DNA of 62,052 nucleotides, the filler included, from Candidatus Omnitrophota bacterium (GTDB lineage: Bacteria > Omnitrophota > Gorgyraeia > Zapsychrales > JBDRMG01): assembly GCA_043812495.1 (NCBI GenBank). It is 7 parts of 7 records of this genome, joined end to end, with 100 filler letters (N's around TTAATTAATTAA, not from the genome) between each part and the next. Parts side by side here need not be neighbours in the genome. Positions count along the whole stretch, not along the records: positions 26,972 to 33,441 come from JBDRMG010000027.1; positions 33,542 to 38,426 come from JBDRMG010000028.1; 5 more parts are not named here. One strand, given 5' to 3'. A program made the position numbers and the translations under genes. Shown here piece after piece: positions 27,475-37,720 of this stretch (its first letter is position 1; each line of letters starts with the position of its first letter). The notes below the pieces were generated by a model that ran no database searches, was not told the origin of the DNA, and saw nothing but the letters and a program-made list of their open reading frames with translations.

Positions 27475-27927
27475 CTAGCAGCCTATAATCCTGATTGCTG
27501 AATGCATGATGATATTTGTGTAAATACCGGCCATGATATCATCAAGCATAATGCCTGCACTACCGTGCAATTTCTCGAATTTCTGCGCGGGATAAATTTT
27601 AAACATGTCAAATGCGCGGAAAACGAAGAAAGCAGTGATTAGGACAGATGCTTTGACGGGAAGCAAAAAACAGGCAATCATCATCCCGGACACTTCATCG
27701 ATAACAACACAAGAAGGATCTTTTCGATTCAGCATGATCTCCATGCGGCCGGAATAAAGAAATCCGATTAAGGTAATGAGAAGAAAAAGAGAAATATAGA
27801 CGATTGGAAGATCATGGTACAAGACATAGATCAGCAGGCCTACGGCGCTGGCCACGGTTCCGGACGCAAAAGGGAAATAGCCGACATAAAAAAATGTGCA
27901 AATGAGTTTAACAAATTTATTGAACAT
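27475..27927 (-). CDS. pgpA: Phosphatidylglycerophosphatase A
   Basis: ASGT, DPSCVVIDEVSG, FRAFDMFK, GIMLDD. Confidence 0.93.
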   Translation of the reverse strand: MFNKFVKLICTFFYVGYFPFASGTVASAVGLLIYVLYHDLPIVYISLFLLITLIGFLYSGRMEIMLNRKDPSCVVIDEVSGMMIACFLLPVKASVLITAFFVFRAFDMFKIYPAQKFEKLHGSAGIMLDDIMAGIYTNIIMHSAIRIIGC

Positions 27928-28495
27928 GAATCAGCTTTCTGTTGCTCCAGATAAAAGAAGAACCGGATATCAGGGTTAAGGCAACGGTTACTAACATCAA
28001 AATATCAATTCCATACTGCCACCAAATCTCAATCGTGCGGCTCCAGCCGGAAAATACCGTCAGCGATTCTTTAAACATGAGAAAGCCAAGGATCGAAAAG
28101 ATAGCCACGATCTGCGAAACGGTTTTATGCTTACCGGCCTTTTCCGCGGCCAAGATATTTTTACGGGATAAGGCAAAAAGGCGAAAACCCGTAATAAGGA
28201 TTTCCCGGCCCAGGATAAGAACGACCATCCAATCCTCAACAATTTGCATACGCACAAAAGCAATAAAGGCCGCGAGAATCAAGAATTTATCCGCAATCGG
28301 ATCCATCAGTTTTCCGAAATCAGTGACCATATTATATTTCTTGGCAAAATAACCATCCCAATAATCCGTTAAGGAAGCCAGCGTGAAGATAACCGTGGCA
28401 ATGGTCATGGCCGCTAACCCCACTTGGGAAATGAAATAAACAAAAATAAAGGTTAAGATAATTCTTGAAATCGTTAACCGATTGGGTAAGTTCAT
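27917..28495 (-). CDS. pgsA: CDP-DAG--glycerol-3-phosphate phosphatidyltransferase
   Basis: MNLPNRLT, DYWDGYFA...GKLMDPIADK. Confidence 0.95.
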   Translation of the reverse strand: MNLPNRLTISRIILTFIFVYFISQVGLAAMTIATVIFTLASLTDYWDGYFAKKYNMVTDFGKLMDPIADKFLILAAFIAFVRMQIVEDWMVVLILGREILITGFRLFALSRKNILAAEKAGKHKTVSQIVAIFSILGFLMFKESLTVFSGWSRTIEIWWQYGIDILMLVTVALTLISGSSFIWSNRKLIHVQ

Positions 28496-29817
28496 CGGGC
28501 CTCCCCGACCAAATCATATTCAAGGGTATCGTTGATTTGTACCCGGAGTAAATCTCCGGGATGCAGCTCCCTGCTGGATCGCACATAGACACAACCGTCC
28601 ACGTCTGGCGCATCATGCGCGCTGCGACCGAGATATGTATTGTTCGATTCTTTATCACGATCATCGATTAGCACATCAATCATTTTTCCACCATATTTTT
28701 TCTGGATTCCTTCGGAAATCTTGCGTTGCTTGCTCATCAAAATATTAAATCGTTCTTCTTTGATGCGATCGGGAATTTGGTCCGGGAAATCGTAGGCCAG
28801 GGTCCCTTCTTCCCGGGAATACATGAAGACCCCCAGGCGATCAAACTGAGTCTGCTCGACGAATTCAACCAACTCCTTGAATTCGTCTTGTGTCTCTCCC
28901 GGAAAACCAACAATCAGGGTTGTGCGCAAAGTTACGCCCGGAATGCGGTCTCGAATCTTTTTGATCAAAGCCAAAGTCTGCCGTTTGGCAAACCCCCTGT
29001 TCATTCTCTTGAGAATGCGATCATTGATATGTTGAAGCGGAATATCCACATAAGAGCATATTTTTGCTTCGCACGCAATCAGACGGATCAATTCGTCTGT
29101 GATGTGCAAAGGATGCAAATACAATAAACGGATCCAGCGAATATGCTGAGTTACGGAGCATATTTTTTTTAATAATTCATCCAGGCACTTCTTTCCATAA
29201 AGGTCCAAACCGTATGAGGTAATGTCCTGCCCGATCATGTTGATTTCTTGAATGCCTTTCTGATCTAGCACTTGTATTTCTTGCAAAACCGACGGCATGG
29301 TTCTCGACGCAAAAGGGCCTTTGATTTTTGGAATAATGCAGAAACTGCATCGATGGAAGCAGCTTTCACAAATTTTCACATAGGCATAATGCAAAGGCGT
29401 TAGAGCGACCTGCGTAAGATTTTTCTCTTTCTCTAAAGAGAGGACTCCGCAGACCGCATCGATCTCTTTCAGCTCTTTGGTCAAAGCGGCACCATAACGT
29501 TCGCCCATGCAGCCTGCGATAATAATTTTCTTGATTGTCCCTTTTTTCTTGAGTTCGATAAGATCTAAAATCGTATCGATCGATTCTTTTTTCGCTTCAT
29601 CAATGAATGCGCAGGTATTCACGATAACGGTGTGCGCACCGTTTGGATCGCCAATCATAAAACCTTTTTGACGAAGACCTCCTAAAATGATCTGTGAATC
29701 GACGGTATTGCGCGCGCACCCTAAGTTAATAACGGCGACAGAATGAGATGTGCTGATTTTTTCTAAGCGAGACGGACAGGCGGGTTCTGATTGGATATCT
29801 TGTCCTTGGGGATTCAT
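28492..29817 (-). CDS. rimO: Ribosomal protein S12 methylthiotransferase
   Basis: LGCARNTVDS, NTCAFI..AKKESI, CxxxCxxC, APDVDG; exact start uncertain. Confidence 0.92.
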   Translation of the reverse strand: MNPQGQDIQSEPACPSRLEKISTSHSVAVINLGCARNTVDSQIILGGLRQKGFMIGDPNGAHTVIVNTCAFIDEAKKESIDTILDLIELKKKGTIKKIIIAGCMGERYGAALTKELKEIDAVCGVLSLEKEKNLTQVALTPLHYAYVKICESCFHRCSFCIIPKIKGPFASRTMPSVLQEIQVLDQKGIQEINMIGQDITSYGLDLYGKKCLDELLKKICSVTQHIRWIRLLYLHPLHITDELIRLIACEAKICSYVDIPLQHINDRILKRMNRGFAKRQTLALIKKIRDRIPGVTLRTTLIVGFPGETQDEFKELVEFVEQTQFDRLGVFMYSREEGTLAYDFPDQIPDRIKEERFNILMSKQRKISEGIQKKYGGKMIDVLIDDRDKESNNTYLGRSAHDAPDVDGCVYVRSSRELHPGDLLRVQINDTLEYDLVGEAR

Positions 29818-30665
29818 CGCTTAACGGACAATCCATTTTTCGTCACAACGACTTTACGCGCGCGGCGGTCCTCTCGGCCAAGAGAGCCGATCATTTTTCC
29901 GTTGAGCTCAAATTCCAGCTCATAGATATTTTTTCCGGCTATTTCGATGCTTTCATCGGCCGACCAGGTTTCGACAACACCGCGTTTAAATTCCGATTGA
30001 AAAACAATCATATTGTCCACTTTAACCTGAAGCCATGTACTTTTTTTTGCGCGCACGGAGAGGTTGATCTTTTTTTCTGTTTTTGGTGAACTGTCAGAAA
30101 TTCTCGTTGCTGTCGCAGGCGCCCTGGGAAGAGCTTTGGGCTCTTCTTTTTTTGCCGGTACCGGCTGTTTCTTTGTTGATAGCTTTTTCTTTTGATCTAT
30201 TGATTTCTTGACGATAGGAGCAGGACTCTTTTTCACGGAGACCGCTGCCGTTTTTTGAGATCCCCGCCTGATTCTCTGGATTAAACAACCGGCCGCGCGG
30301 GACAGCGCAAAAACAAAAATAAAAATAACAAAAAGCCTGATGACGGTTTGAACTTTACTGTTGGAGAGAATAACGGCCACCTTAAACTGGATGTTTTCTT
30401 CTTTGTTGTCTGCGATATGTTCGGGAAGCTTTTCCGTGTGATAATCCTCGATCACTTGGGAAATATCGACTCCGAGATATTTCGCGTAGAGCTTCATAAA
30501 TCCCTTAATATAAAAAGAAGATAGCGTGCGAATCGTGTATCCTTCTTCGATCGATTTAAGGGCATCCAGGGGAATCTTTGTCGCCTCGTGAACCGTCTGC
30601 AGGCTGATGCCCTTGGTCTCACGGGTCTTTTTTAAGAATTCGCCTTTGTTGATTTGATCTGCCAT
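29814..30665 (-). CDS. RodZ-like protein (HTH, TM, DUF4115)
   Basis: GEFLKKTRE...ATKI...IEEG...YIKGF..YAKYLG; located between ftsK and rimO; start at ATG 30665. Confidence 0.82.
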   Translation of the reverse strand: MADQINKGEFLKKTRETKGISLQTVHEATKIPLDALKSIEEGYTIRTLSSFYIKGFMKLYAKYLGVDISQVIEDYHTEKLPEHIADNKEENIQFKVAVILSNSKVQTVIRLFVIFIFVFALSRAAGCLIQRIRRGSQKTAAVSVKKSPAPIVKKSIDQKKKLSTKKQPVPAKKEEPKALPRAPATATRISDSSPKTEKKINLSVRAKKSTWLQVKVDNMIVFQSEFKRGVVETWSADESIEIAGKNIYELEFELNGKMIGSLGREDRRARKVVVTKNGLSVKR

Positions 30666-30676
30666 AAACTTTTTTC

Positions 30677-32896
30677 CTAGGTCTCTTCGTTCATCTCTCT
30701 CATCAGCCACTCTTCTCGATTCACCAGAATCTCGCGGGACTTGCTTCCGCAATAGGGCCCGATGATCCCATCCTGCTCCATGGCTTCGATCAAACGTCTT
30801 GCCCTCATCCACCCGACGTTGAGGCGAAATTGCAGCGTCGATACGGACGCCTGGCCGGTTTCGACCACCGTACGGACAGCCTCTTCATAGAGTTCATCTT
30901 TATCGTCTGCGCCCCCGGACGCACCGGTCGTTTGTTTCTTCAAAATAGACTCATCATAGACAGGGCTTTGTTGATTCTGAATAAATTGAATGACCTTTCG
31001 AATTTCTTCATCGGACACAAGAGTGCATTGGCCTCTTGTGGGCTTGGCTTCACCGGGCTTGATAAAAAGCATATCGCCTTTGCCCAGAAGGGCTTCGGCG
31101 CCATTCATATCCAGAACAGTGCGAGAATCGACTTTGGAGGCGACTTTAAAAGAGATCCTAGCCGGAAAATTCGCTTTGATAACGCCCGTGATGACATCCA
31201 CAGAGGGCCGCTGCGTCGCCAGAATCAAATGGATACCAACGGCGCGGGAGAGCTGTGCCAAGCGCGTAATCGCATGTTCGATTTGTTTGGAAGCCACTTG
31301 CATCAAATCCGCCAGCTCATCTACGATGACGACGATGTAGTGCATCCGCCCAACGCTCTTATTGTACTCGCGGATGTTGCGCACACCTCTTTGCGCAAGA
31401 AGCCTGTAGCGCTCTTCCATCTCGGCCACGACTCCATTGAGAGCAGCGGAAACCTTTTTTGCATCCGTAACAGCAGGAATAAGAGCGTGAGGCAATTCAT
31501 TATAAATCGATAATTCAACTAATTTGGGATCTACCATGAGAAATTTAACTTCATCGGGGGGTGCCTTGAACAACATGGACATGATGAGGCTGTTGAGACA
31601 CACCGTCTTTCCGGATCCTGTTGTTCCGGCAATTAATAAATGCGGCATGTCCGCTAGATTCGCGATCATGATTTTTCCCGCGATGTCTTTGCCAAGCGCA
31701 AGAGTTAATTTTGAGGTTGCGCTCCTGAACACATTTTCAGAAAGGACATCTTTCAAAAAGACAAGACTGGATGATATATTGGGAACTTCAATACCGACGC
31801 GATTCTTACCGGGAATCGGCGCAACAATCCGAACGGTTTGGGCGCGCATAGCCAGGGCAATATCATCCGAAAGCGTGGTGATCCTTTGGACTTTAACGCC
31901 CGGTGCGGGTTCCAATTCATAACGCGTAATGACCGGGCCCCGTTCGATATCCGCGACTCTCGCGTTAACCCCAAAATCAGACAAGGTGGACTCTAAAACC
32001 TTCGCGCCATCCATTAAATCCCCTTGAATCTTGCGCGAGGAGACACTCGGAGGGTCGCTCAACAAGTCCAAATCCGGGAGGTGATAATCTCCGACCACCG
32101 GCGGCGGCTCTTTGATAGAGGGTACTTCCTTCTCTTTTTCTATGACGCGAATCGCAGGGAAAGGCCCATCCTTGGGCTTGACCGTCTTTTCTAATAGAGG
32201 TTTCTTTTCCTGTTTTTCTAAAGGGATTTGAGCCTTTGCAGGCTGTGTCATTTTCTTGATTTTTTCACTAAGCAGGGAAGAAATTTTGGCTTGGGTCAAA
32301 GCGGAGGGTTGCGGCTTGAGCGTTCTTTCTCTTTTCTTTTGCCGTGCCTCTTTAAGATCAGTCAAGAAATTTCTAAAATTTAATGAAAGCCTAAACAAAA
32401 GAGGCGAGACAAGAAATTCGCCCGTCAAAATCATAGCCAAGACGCCAAGTGTAATCAGGATAATCCAGCTCCCGATACGGCCAAAGTACTTGATCAGAAA
32501 ATCGGCAATCACGAGACCCGCCAACCCAGCTCTCTGAAATCGGGCCGTTTCCGACAGCGACCCCATCATGCTCAGCAAAGCGCTCAGAACACAAAAAAGA
32601 ACAAGCAAGCTGATGCCCTTGGAAAGTGAGAATTTGATGTCCCGGGAATTAAGTTTTTCCCATCCCCACAACAAGAGAAACACAACAACAAAATAACCCG
32701 CGTAGCCCCAGACAAAAAATAAAGAGCCCGCCATATAGGCGCCAAAGACTGAGATCAGATTTTTAGCTTTCAGATTTGGCTGGGAGGTATGCCACGGAAG
32801 ATCTTCGGGGGCAAAGGAGATGAGGCTGGCAAATAGAATCACTGCGCAAGCGAAGATGACAATCGCTTTTATTTCATCAATATATTGCCTTTTCAT
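30677..32896 (-). CDS. ftsK: DNA translocase FtsK
   Basis: N-terminal TMs, GTTGSGKT, DELADLM, ATQRPSVDV, gamma domain. Confidence 0.96.
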   Translation of the reverse strand: MKRQYIDEIKAIVIFACAVILFASLISFAPEDLPWHTSQPNLKAKNLISVFGAYMAGSLFFVWGYAGYFVVVFLLLWGWEKLNSRDIKFSLSKGISLLVLFCVLSALLSMMGSLSETARFQRAGLAGLVIADFLIKYFGRIGSWIILITLGVLAMILTGEFLVSPLLFRLSLNFRNFLTDLKEARQKKRERTLKPQPSALTQAKISSLLSEKIKKMTQPAKAQIPLEKQEKKPLLEKTVKPKDGPFPAIRVIEKEKEVPSIKEPPPVVGDYHLPDLDLLSDPPSVSSRKIQGDLMDGAKVLESTLSDFGVNARVADIERGPVITRYELEPAPGVKVQRITTLSDDIALAMRAQTVRIVAPIPGKNRVGIEVPNISSSLVFLKDVLSENVFRSATSKLTLALGKDIAGKIMIANLADMPHLLIAGTTGSGKTVCLNSLIMSMLFKAPPDEVKFLMVDPKLVELSIYNELPHALIPAVTDAKKVSAALNGVVAEMEERYRLLAQRGVRNIREYNKSVGRMHYIVVIVDELADLMQVASKQIEHAITRLAQLSRAVGIHLILATQRPSVDVITGVIKANFPARISFKVASKVDSRTVLDMNGAEALLGKGDMLFIKPGEAKPTRGQCTLVSDEEIRKVIQFIQNQQSPVYDESILKKQTTGASGGADDKDELYEEAVRTVVETGQASVSTLQFRLNVGWMRARRLIEAMEQDGIIGPYCGSKSREILVNREEWLMREMNEET

Positions 32897-33441
32897 TCAG
32901 CTTGTTTTTTACTTAAATTGACTCGATTTTTTTCGTCAATCTCAATCACTTTGACTTTGAATTCATCGCCGACTTTCACGGCCTTATTGATTTCCTTGAT
33001 ATATTCCTGAGTTAATTCGGAAATATGCACCAAGCCTTCCTTACCCGGCAAGAATTCACAGAAGGCTCCGAAATTCATCACGCGGGTGACTTTTCCGTGA
33101 TAGGTCTTGCCGACGACCGCCTCTTCCATCATGCCTGTAATAATGGCCTGAGCTCTTTTGGCTCCTTCCGAGTCGGTGGAGGCAATCAAAACGGCACCGT
33201 CATCTTCGATATCAATCGTACAGCCTGTATCCTCGATGATCCTACGGATGTTCTTACCGCCGGGACCGATCAAGTCTCCGATTTTCTGCTGATTGATGTG
33301 AAGCGTAATAATACGAGGAGCATAATTAGAAATCTCTTCGCGTGGCTTACCAATCACGGCATGCATTTTATCCAAGATGGCTAAGCGAGCTTCCCGGGAC
33401 TGAAGAGTCGCTTTCTTCAATAAAGCAAGGTCGATCCCTTT
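32893..33441 (-). CDS. pnp: Polynucleotide phosphorylase, C-terminal fragment (KH and S1)
   Basis: YAPRI, IGPGGKNI, FGAFCEFLPGKEGLVHISEL; truncated by contig end. Confidence 0.93.
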   Translation of the reverse strand, partial: KGIDLALLKKATLQSREARLAILDKMHAVIGKPREEISNYAPRIITLHINQQKIGDLIGPGGKNIRRIIEDTGCTIDIEDDGAVLIASTDSEGAKRAQAIITGMMEEAVVGKTYHGKVTRVMNFGAFCEFLPGKEGLVHISELTQEYIKEINKAVKVGDEFKVKVIEIDEKNRVNLSKKQAE

Positions 33442-33579
33442 NNNNNNNNNNNNNNNNNNNNNNNNNNNNNNNNNNNNNNNNNNNNTTAATTAATTAANNN
33501 NNNNNNNNNNNNNNNNNNNNNNNNNNNNNNNNNNNNNNNNNAAAACCTACGGTTTTCAAACTTTCCCTCCATATGGTAT

Positions 33580-33612
33580 CCCTGTGGCAAGACCACAGGG
33601 AATAATCAAGTT
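33580..33612. mobile_element. Possible IS200/IS605-type terminal hairpin at contig edge
   Basis: CCCTGTGGCAAGACCACAGGG imperfect palindrome; no transposase in view. Confidence 0.35.
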
Positions 33613-33739
33613 CAAATTCCGATACGACAAGACATATAATACCATCGCTTTATCCTAGCGTCAAATTGTAATCACTCGATAAATAATGGGTAAATTTTTT
33701 GAGAAAAGATGAAATATTATGGCTGTATTTGTTTAATTC

Positions 33740-33852
33740 CCCACCTCACCAAAATTGTGAACCATTTTGGTGGGCGAGGTCAATTCGGCCTTATGATTTA
33801 TGTCGTCCGCCACTGAATCAATGGCGGACTCCATAAGTCATGGCCTCATTGA
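33740..33852. repeat. Composite palindromic repeat, copy B
   Basis: Hairpin followed by AATTCGGCC...CCGCCACTGAATCAATGGCGG...CATAAG..GGCCTCATT. Confidence 0.8.
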
Positions 33853-33860
33853 GGGGGGGT

Positions 33861-35075
33861 TTATCCTTCCGGGTCGCGGTGGATGTATTCTTGATTCGTG
33901 AAATTGCGTAGGGTATAAAGTCCGTTCTCCTGGGCCGCGATGTAGTTGGGTCCGATGGGGACCTTTCCTCCGCCGCCGGGAGCATCCACGACAAAAGTAG
34001 GAACGGCGTAACCGCTTGTGTGGCCGCGTAATTTCTCAATAATATTCAAACCCACGGATAAGGGTGTGCGAAAATGGCTCGAGCCGACAATAGGATCGCA
34101 TTGATAGATATAATACGGTTTAACGCGGATCTTCAAGAGCTCATGCATCAGTTTCTTCATGATCCAAGCCTTATCATTGATGTCCTTCAAAAGCACAGTC
34201 TGGCTTCCCATGGGAATCCCGCTATCTGCTAATAATTCACAGGCAAAGCGAACGCGCTTGGTGATTTCCTTGGGATGATTAAAATGGATGCTCATCCAAA
34301 TGGGGCTGTATTTTTTGAGCATATTGACAAAATTCGTAGTGATGCGCTGCGGTAATGTGACAGGCGCTCGGGTTCCGATGCGCACAAATTCCACATGGGG
34401 AATGGATTTAATATTCTTGATAATATCCTCGAGCATTTCATCGCCCAGAATCAAAGGCTCTCCGCCGGAAATCAACACATCGCGGATTTTCTTGTTGGAG
34501 CGGATATAGTCGTAGACAGCCTGATAGCGGCTGGGCGTGAGTTTATGCCGGCCATCCCCGACCATGCGGGAGCGCGTGCAATGCCGGCAGTACATGGCGC
34601 ACATATCATTCGCGAGAAAAAGAACCCGGTCGGGATACCGGTGCACCAAACCGAACACCGGAGAATGCTGATCCTCCGCGCACGGATCCTTCATTTCATA
34701 GGGTGATTCCTGAAGTTCCTGAACACGCGGGATGCACTGCAGGCGAATCGGACATTTGGGATCATCCGGATCTATCAGCGACGCAAAATACGGAGGAATA
34801 GACATCGTCAGTTTTTGGCCGCAACCGTCTACGCCTTTTGCTTCGTCTTCGGTCAGATTGATAAATTTTTCCAGGACGTCTTTGGTGCGGATACGATGAC
34901 GCAGCTGCCAACGCCAATCTTCCCAGTCCATCGGTGTGGCGTCTTCAAAGAAGTTGATCACGCGGTTTTCTTTTCGCGTGAGGTTGATCACAGGCTGAGT
35001 CTGCGCCTGGGCCGCTTGGGTCTGGGGAACCTGCACCTGAGTTTCTTCTTTGGCTATGTTTTCCGTTGGTTTCAT
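33861..35075 (-). CDS. KamA-family radical SAM aminomutase
   Basis: WEDWRWQL, HRYPDRVL, CAMYCRHCTR, SGGEPL, DAPGGGGKVP. Confidence 0.92.
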   Translation of the reverse strand: MKPTENIAKEETQVQVPQTQAAQAQTQPVINLTRKENRVINFFEDATPMDWEDWRWQLRHRIRTKDVLEKFINLTEDEAKGVDGCGQKLTMSIPPYFASLIDPDDPKCPIRLQCIPRVQELQESPYEMKDPCAEDQHSPVFGLVHRYPDRVLFLANDMCAMYCRHCTRSRMVGDGRHKLTPSRYQAVYDYIRSNKKIRDVLISGGEPLILGDEMLEDIIKNIKSIPHVEFVRIGTRAPVTLPQRITTNFVNMLKKYSPIWMSIHFNHPKEITKRVRFACELLADSGIPMGSQTVLLKDINDKAWIMKKLMHELLKIRVKPYYIYQCDPIVGSSHFRTPLSVGLNIIEKLRGHTSGYAVPTFVVDAPGGGGKVPIGPNYIAAQENGLYTLRNFTNQEYIHRDPEG

Positions 35076-35120
35076 TTTAACTGGTAAAGAAATAGCATCG
35101 CTTTATTTGTTTGATCCCCC

Positions 35121-35361
35121 ACCCGCCACTGAATCAATGGTGGGGCCTCTCGCACATTCTCAATCGCTCGAGGTAAAATCGGTCATGCACTTATGTTTCC
35201 GCCGAAATAAAAAATTTCGGCGAGATATCGCCAGATTGCCGCAAGGCAATCTGGCGGACATTCACTTTCAATCCATAAGCGCAGACCTCATTTATCGGCC
35301 AGCATCTTACGTCATCCGCCACTGAATCAATGGCGGACTCCATAAGTTGCGGCCTCATTAA
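35121..35361. repeat. Cluster of composite palindromic repeats, copy C
   Basis: Two CCGCCACTGAATCAATGG(C/T)GG cores (35123, 35316) and two ..GG(T/C)C...(A/G)CCTCATT units. Confidence 0.8.
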
Positions 35362-36364
35362 GTAATTTTCCGTTATTAAGCCCGTATCGTTCAAGACCAT
35401 AGTTTAAAACGCGGCCGATGATCTCCTCATAACTGATACCCAAAACCTGGGCAATGTAAAAGAATGTATCGTCTTTACTTAAACAGGGTAAGGGGTTAAT
35501 TTCTAACACATACGGATGTCCTTGATCATCAACGCGGAAATCCACGCGCCCGAGATCCCGGCAGTCGACAAGTTTATAGACCTTGAGGGCAATTTCTTGT
35601 AATTTTTTAGCCAAATCCTCAGAAATGGGAGCCGGACAAACATATTCCACCTGATTATTAAAAATATGGGCAAACGTATAGATTTTTTCATTGAGATCAA
35701 GCGACCCGTCGATCTTGTATTGCACAACGGGCATGGCCTGAGGATCCTCGTTGCCTAAGACAGCTACGGTAAATTCCGTTCCCCGGATAAATTCCTCGAC
35801 CAAGGCGGGCTGATGATAGGTTTGCTCGACAAAATCCACCTGACACTTGAACTCTTCATCATTGTTGACTCTGGATTGCTGATTAATACCTTTGGAGGAA
35901 CCTTCGTGGCGGGTTTTCACAAAAAGAGGAAATCCGATGTGATTCAATTCTTTCAAATCATCCGCGCTTTTGGCCTCAAAAAATCTTGGCGTGGGGATTC
36001 CTTCGGCCATAAACAACTTTTTTGTCATAAGCTTGTCTAATGTCAAGCCCAGCGTCAAGGCATCCGAGCCGACAAAGGGAATATTTTTCATCTCCAGAAG
36101 CATAGGCACCTGTGATTCGCGATTGCGACCATGCCGGCCTTCGGCGATATTAAAAACAATATCAACCCCCAGATGATCTATTTGGCGTAAAAGACTATGG
36201 ACGTTGCCGATTTTTTTGACCTCGTATCCATTGGATTCTAAGGCGCCGACAATTTGATCAATGGCGTGCGCCGGATCAAATTCCGCGTTCAAATCCTTGG
36301 GGTCGCCTTCTTGGGGCTGCCATTCATCCTTTGCATCATACGTCAAACCGATTATTTTTTTCAT
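35327..36364 (-). CDS. D-Ala-D-Ala-ligase-like ATP-grasp enzyme
   Basis: VFNIAEG, RESQVP, DK..TK, EGSSKGI, RVDFR, EINPLP; lacks the canonical Ddl GGxSxE N-terminus. Confidence 0.85.
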   Translation of the reverse strand: MKKIIGLTYDAKDEWQPQEGDPKDLNAEFDPAHAIDQIVGALESNGYEVKKIGNVHSLLRQIDHLGVDIVFNIAEGRHGRNRESQVPMLLEMKNIPFVGSDALTLGLTLDKLMTKKLFMAEGIPTPRFFEAKSADDLKELNHIGFPLFVKTRHEGSSKGINQQSRVNNDEEFKCQVDFVEQTYHQPALVEEFIRGTEFTVAVLGNEDPQAMPVVQYKIDGSLDLNEKIYTFAHIFNNQVEYVCPAPISEDLAKKLQEIALKVYKLVDCRDLGRVDFRVDDQGHPYVLEINPLPCLSKDDTFFYIAQVLGISYEEIIGRVLNYGLERYGLNNGKLLNEAATYGVRH

Positions 36365-36371
36365 CGTTTAC

Positions 36372-36404
36372 AAAAAAAAGACCTCTTCACACTTCGCGAG
36401 GTCT
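36372..36404 (-). terminator. Intrinsic-terminator-like hairpin just upstream of the ddl-like start
   Basis: GACCTC..GAGGTC stem followed by T8, ending 7 nt before the ATG. Confidence 0.5.
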
Positions 36405-36697
36405 CCATCCCTTTTATTTCATTTCAACGGCTCTATTCTCCTTATGTGCATCTGCACTTACGTAAAACCACTTCCGCTGATTTCAGCCCGACGAGTAAAG
36501 CGCATCGCGCAAATCGATATAATATCACTATGAAAAATTTTATTACTATATTTTTTTTATCATATGCACAGAGCCATGTCAAGATTTTTTCATCACTTTT
36601 TTCATTTTCTGAAAATTTTTTCCGCAGAAATTAAGTCGAGAAAATGAAATTTTTTCATCCAAAAGGATTTTGCGCAAAGATATTGGCGAGAAAGAGA

Positions 36698-36859
36698 TTA
36701 ATTAGGGATAAAAAGGGTAAAAATGCACATCAACACGGTCAAAACGACCACAATGACCACGGTAAGCCAGGAAATCCAATTAAAAACGCGGCTGTTGGTG
36801 AATGTGCCCATGATGTCTTTGTTATTGATGAGCATAAGCATGAAGATGAGAACAAATGG
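36698..36859 (-). pseudogene. C-terminal remnant of an NRAMP/MntH-family transporter
   Basis: PFVLIFMLMLINNKDIMGTFTNSRVFNWISWLTVVIVVVLT...; the upstream sequence is non-homologous and repeat-rich. Confidence 0.6.
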
Positions 36860-37042
36860 TGATTTCCTCGATTTTGTCCTTCGAGGGATCCCGAGCGCAA
36901 GTCGAAGACCCGACCTTTGAAGAAGCGTCGGAACCTTAAAAGAAGATGCTGCAGCCGCCCGTCTTGCTCGCCTCGCTTTGCGGACGAAGCGGGCCGAGCC
37001 GGCGAGGCAGGTTAGACCGCAGAGTTTTACAGATTATTTAAG

Positions 37043-37720
37043 TTAGCGAGAAACTTTGACATGACATTTCGGACAAAAATGATTCACCGCACAGCGCGAA
37101 CAAAACGGTGAAATCGGTTTGCAAATATTCTGTCCCCAGGTGACAAGCAGGGCATTATACTCAATCCAAAAACGTTTGGGCAATTTTTTTCTTAAGGCCC
37201 ATTCGGTTTCTTCGGGCGTTTTTGTTTTGACGTAACCCAGGCGGTTGGAAATCCGATGCACGTGCGTGTCCACGCACACGCCCAATTTCCCGAATCCTTC
37301 GGTGAGGACCAAATTCGCTGTTTTCCGACCCACCCCGCGGAGAGTCAAAAGTTGATCAATGTCATCGGGGACTTGTCCGCCAAAACGTTCAATCAAATCA
37401 TGACAAATCGATTTGATATTGCGGGCCTTGGTTTTGTAGAATCCGACCGGATAAATGGTTTTTTCTATTTTTCCGGTGGATAAAGCCAGCGTGGCCTTGG
37501 GTGTCATGGCTAAACGAAAGAGCCGTTGGGATGCCTCTAAGGTGGTGCGATCCTGCGTGCGTAAACTCAAAATGCATGATATTAAAACCAGAAACGGGCT
37601 TTTGTATTTTTTTCCCACAAGCGTTACGGCAGGATCTTTAAGGTTTTTCACGGATTTTCTTAAGATGTGAATAATCTGCGCGATTCTTTTTTGGGAGTCC
37701 ATCATATTAAACCGATTCAA
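37043..37720 (-). CDS. nth: Endonuclease III
   Basis: LRGVGRKTANLV, VDTHVHR, C-x6-C-x2-C-x5-C. Confidence 0.95.
   Translation of the reverse strand: MNRFNMMDSQKRIAQIIHILRKSVKNLKDPAVTLVGKKYKSPFLVLISCILSLRTQDRTTLEASQRLFRLAMTPKATLALSTGKIEKTIYPVGFYKTKARNIKSICHDLIERFGGQVPDDIDQLLTLRGVGRKTANLVLTEGFGKLGVCVDTHVHRISNRLGYVKTKTPEETEWALRKKLPKRFWIEYNALLVTWGQNICKPISPFCSRCAVNHFCPKCHVKVSR

Noticed and set aside
30666..30812. Long N-terminal extension of the RodZ-like ORF overlapping ftsK
   Set aside because: Homology starts at MADQINKGEFLK (30665); the extension is an alternate frame of ftsK.
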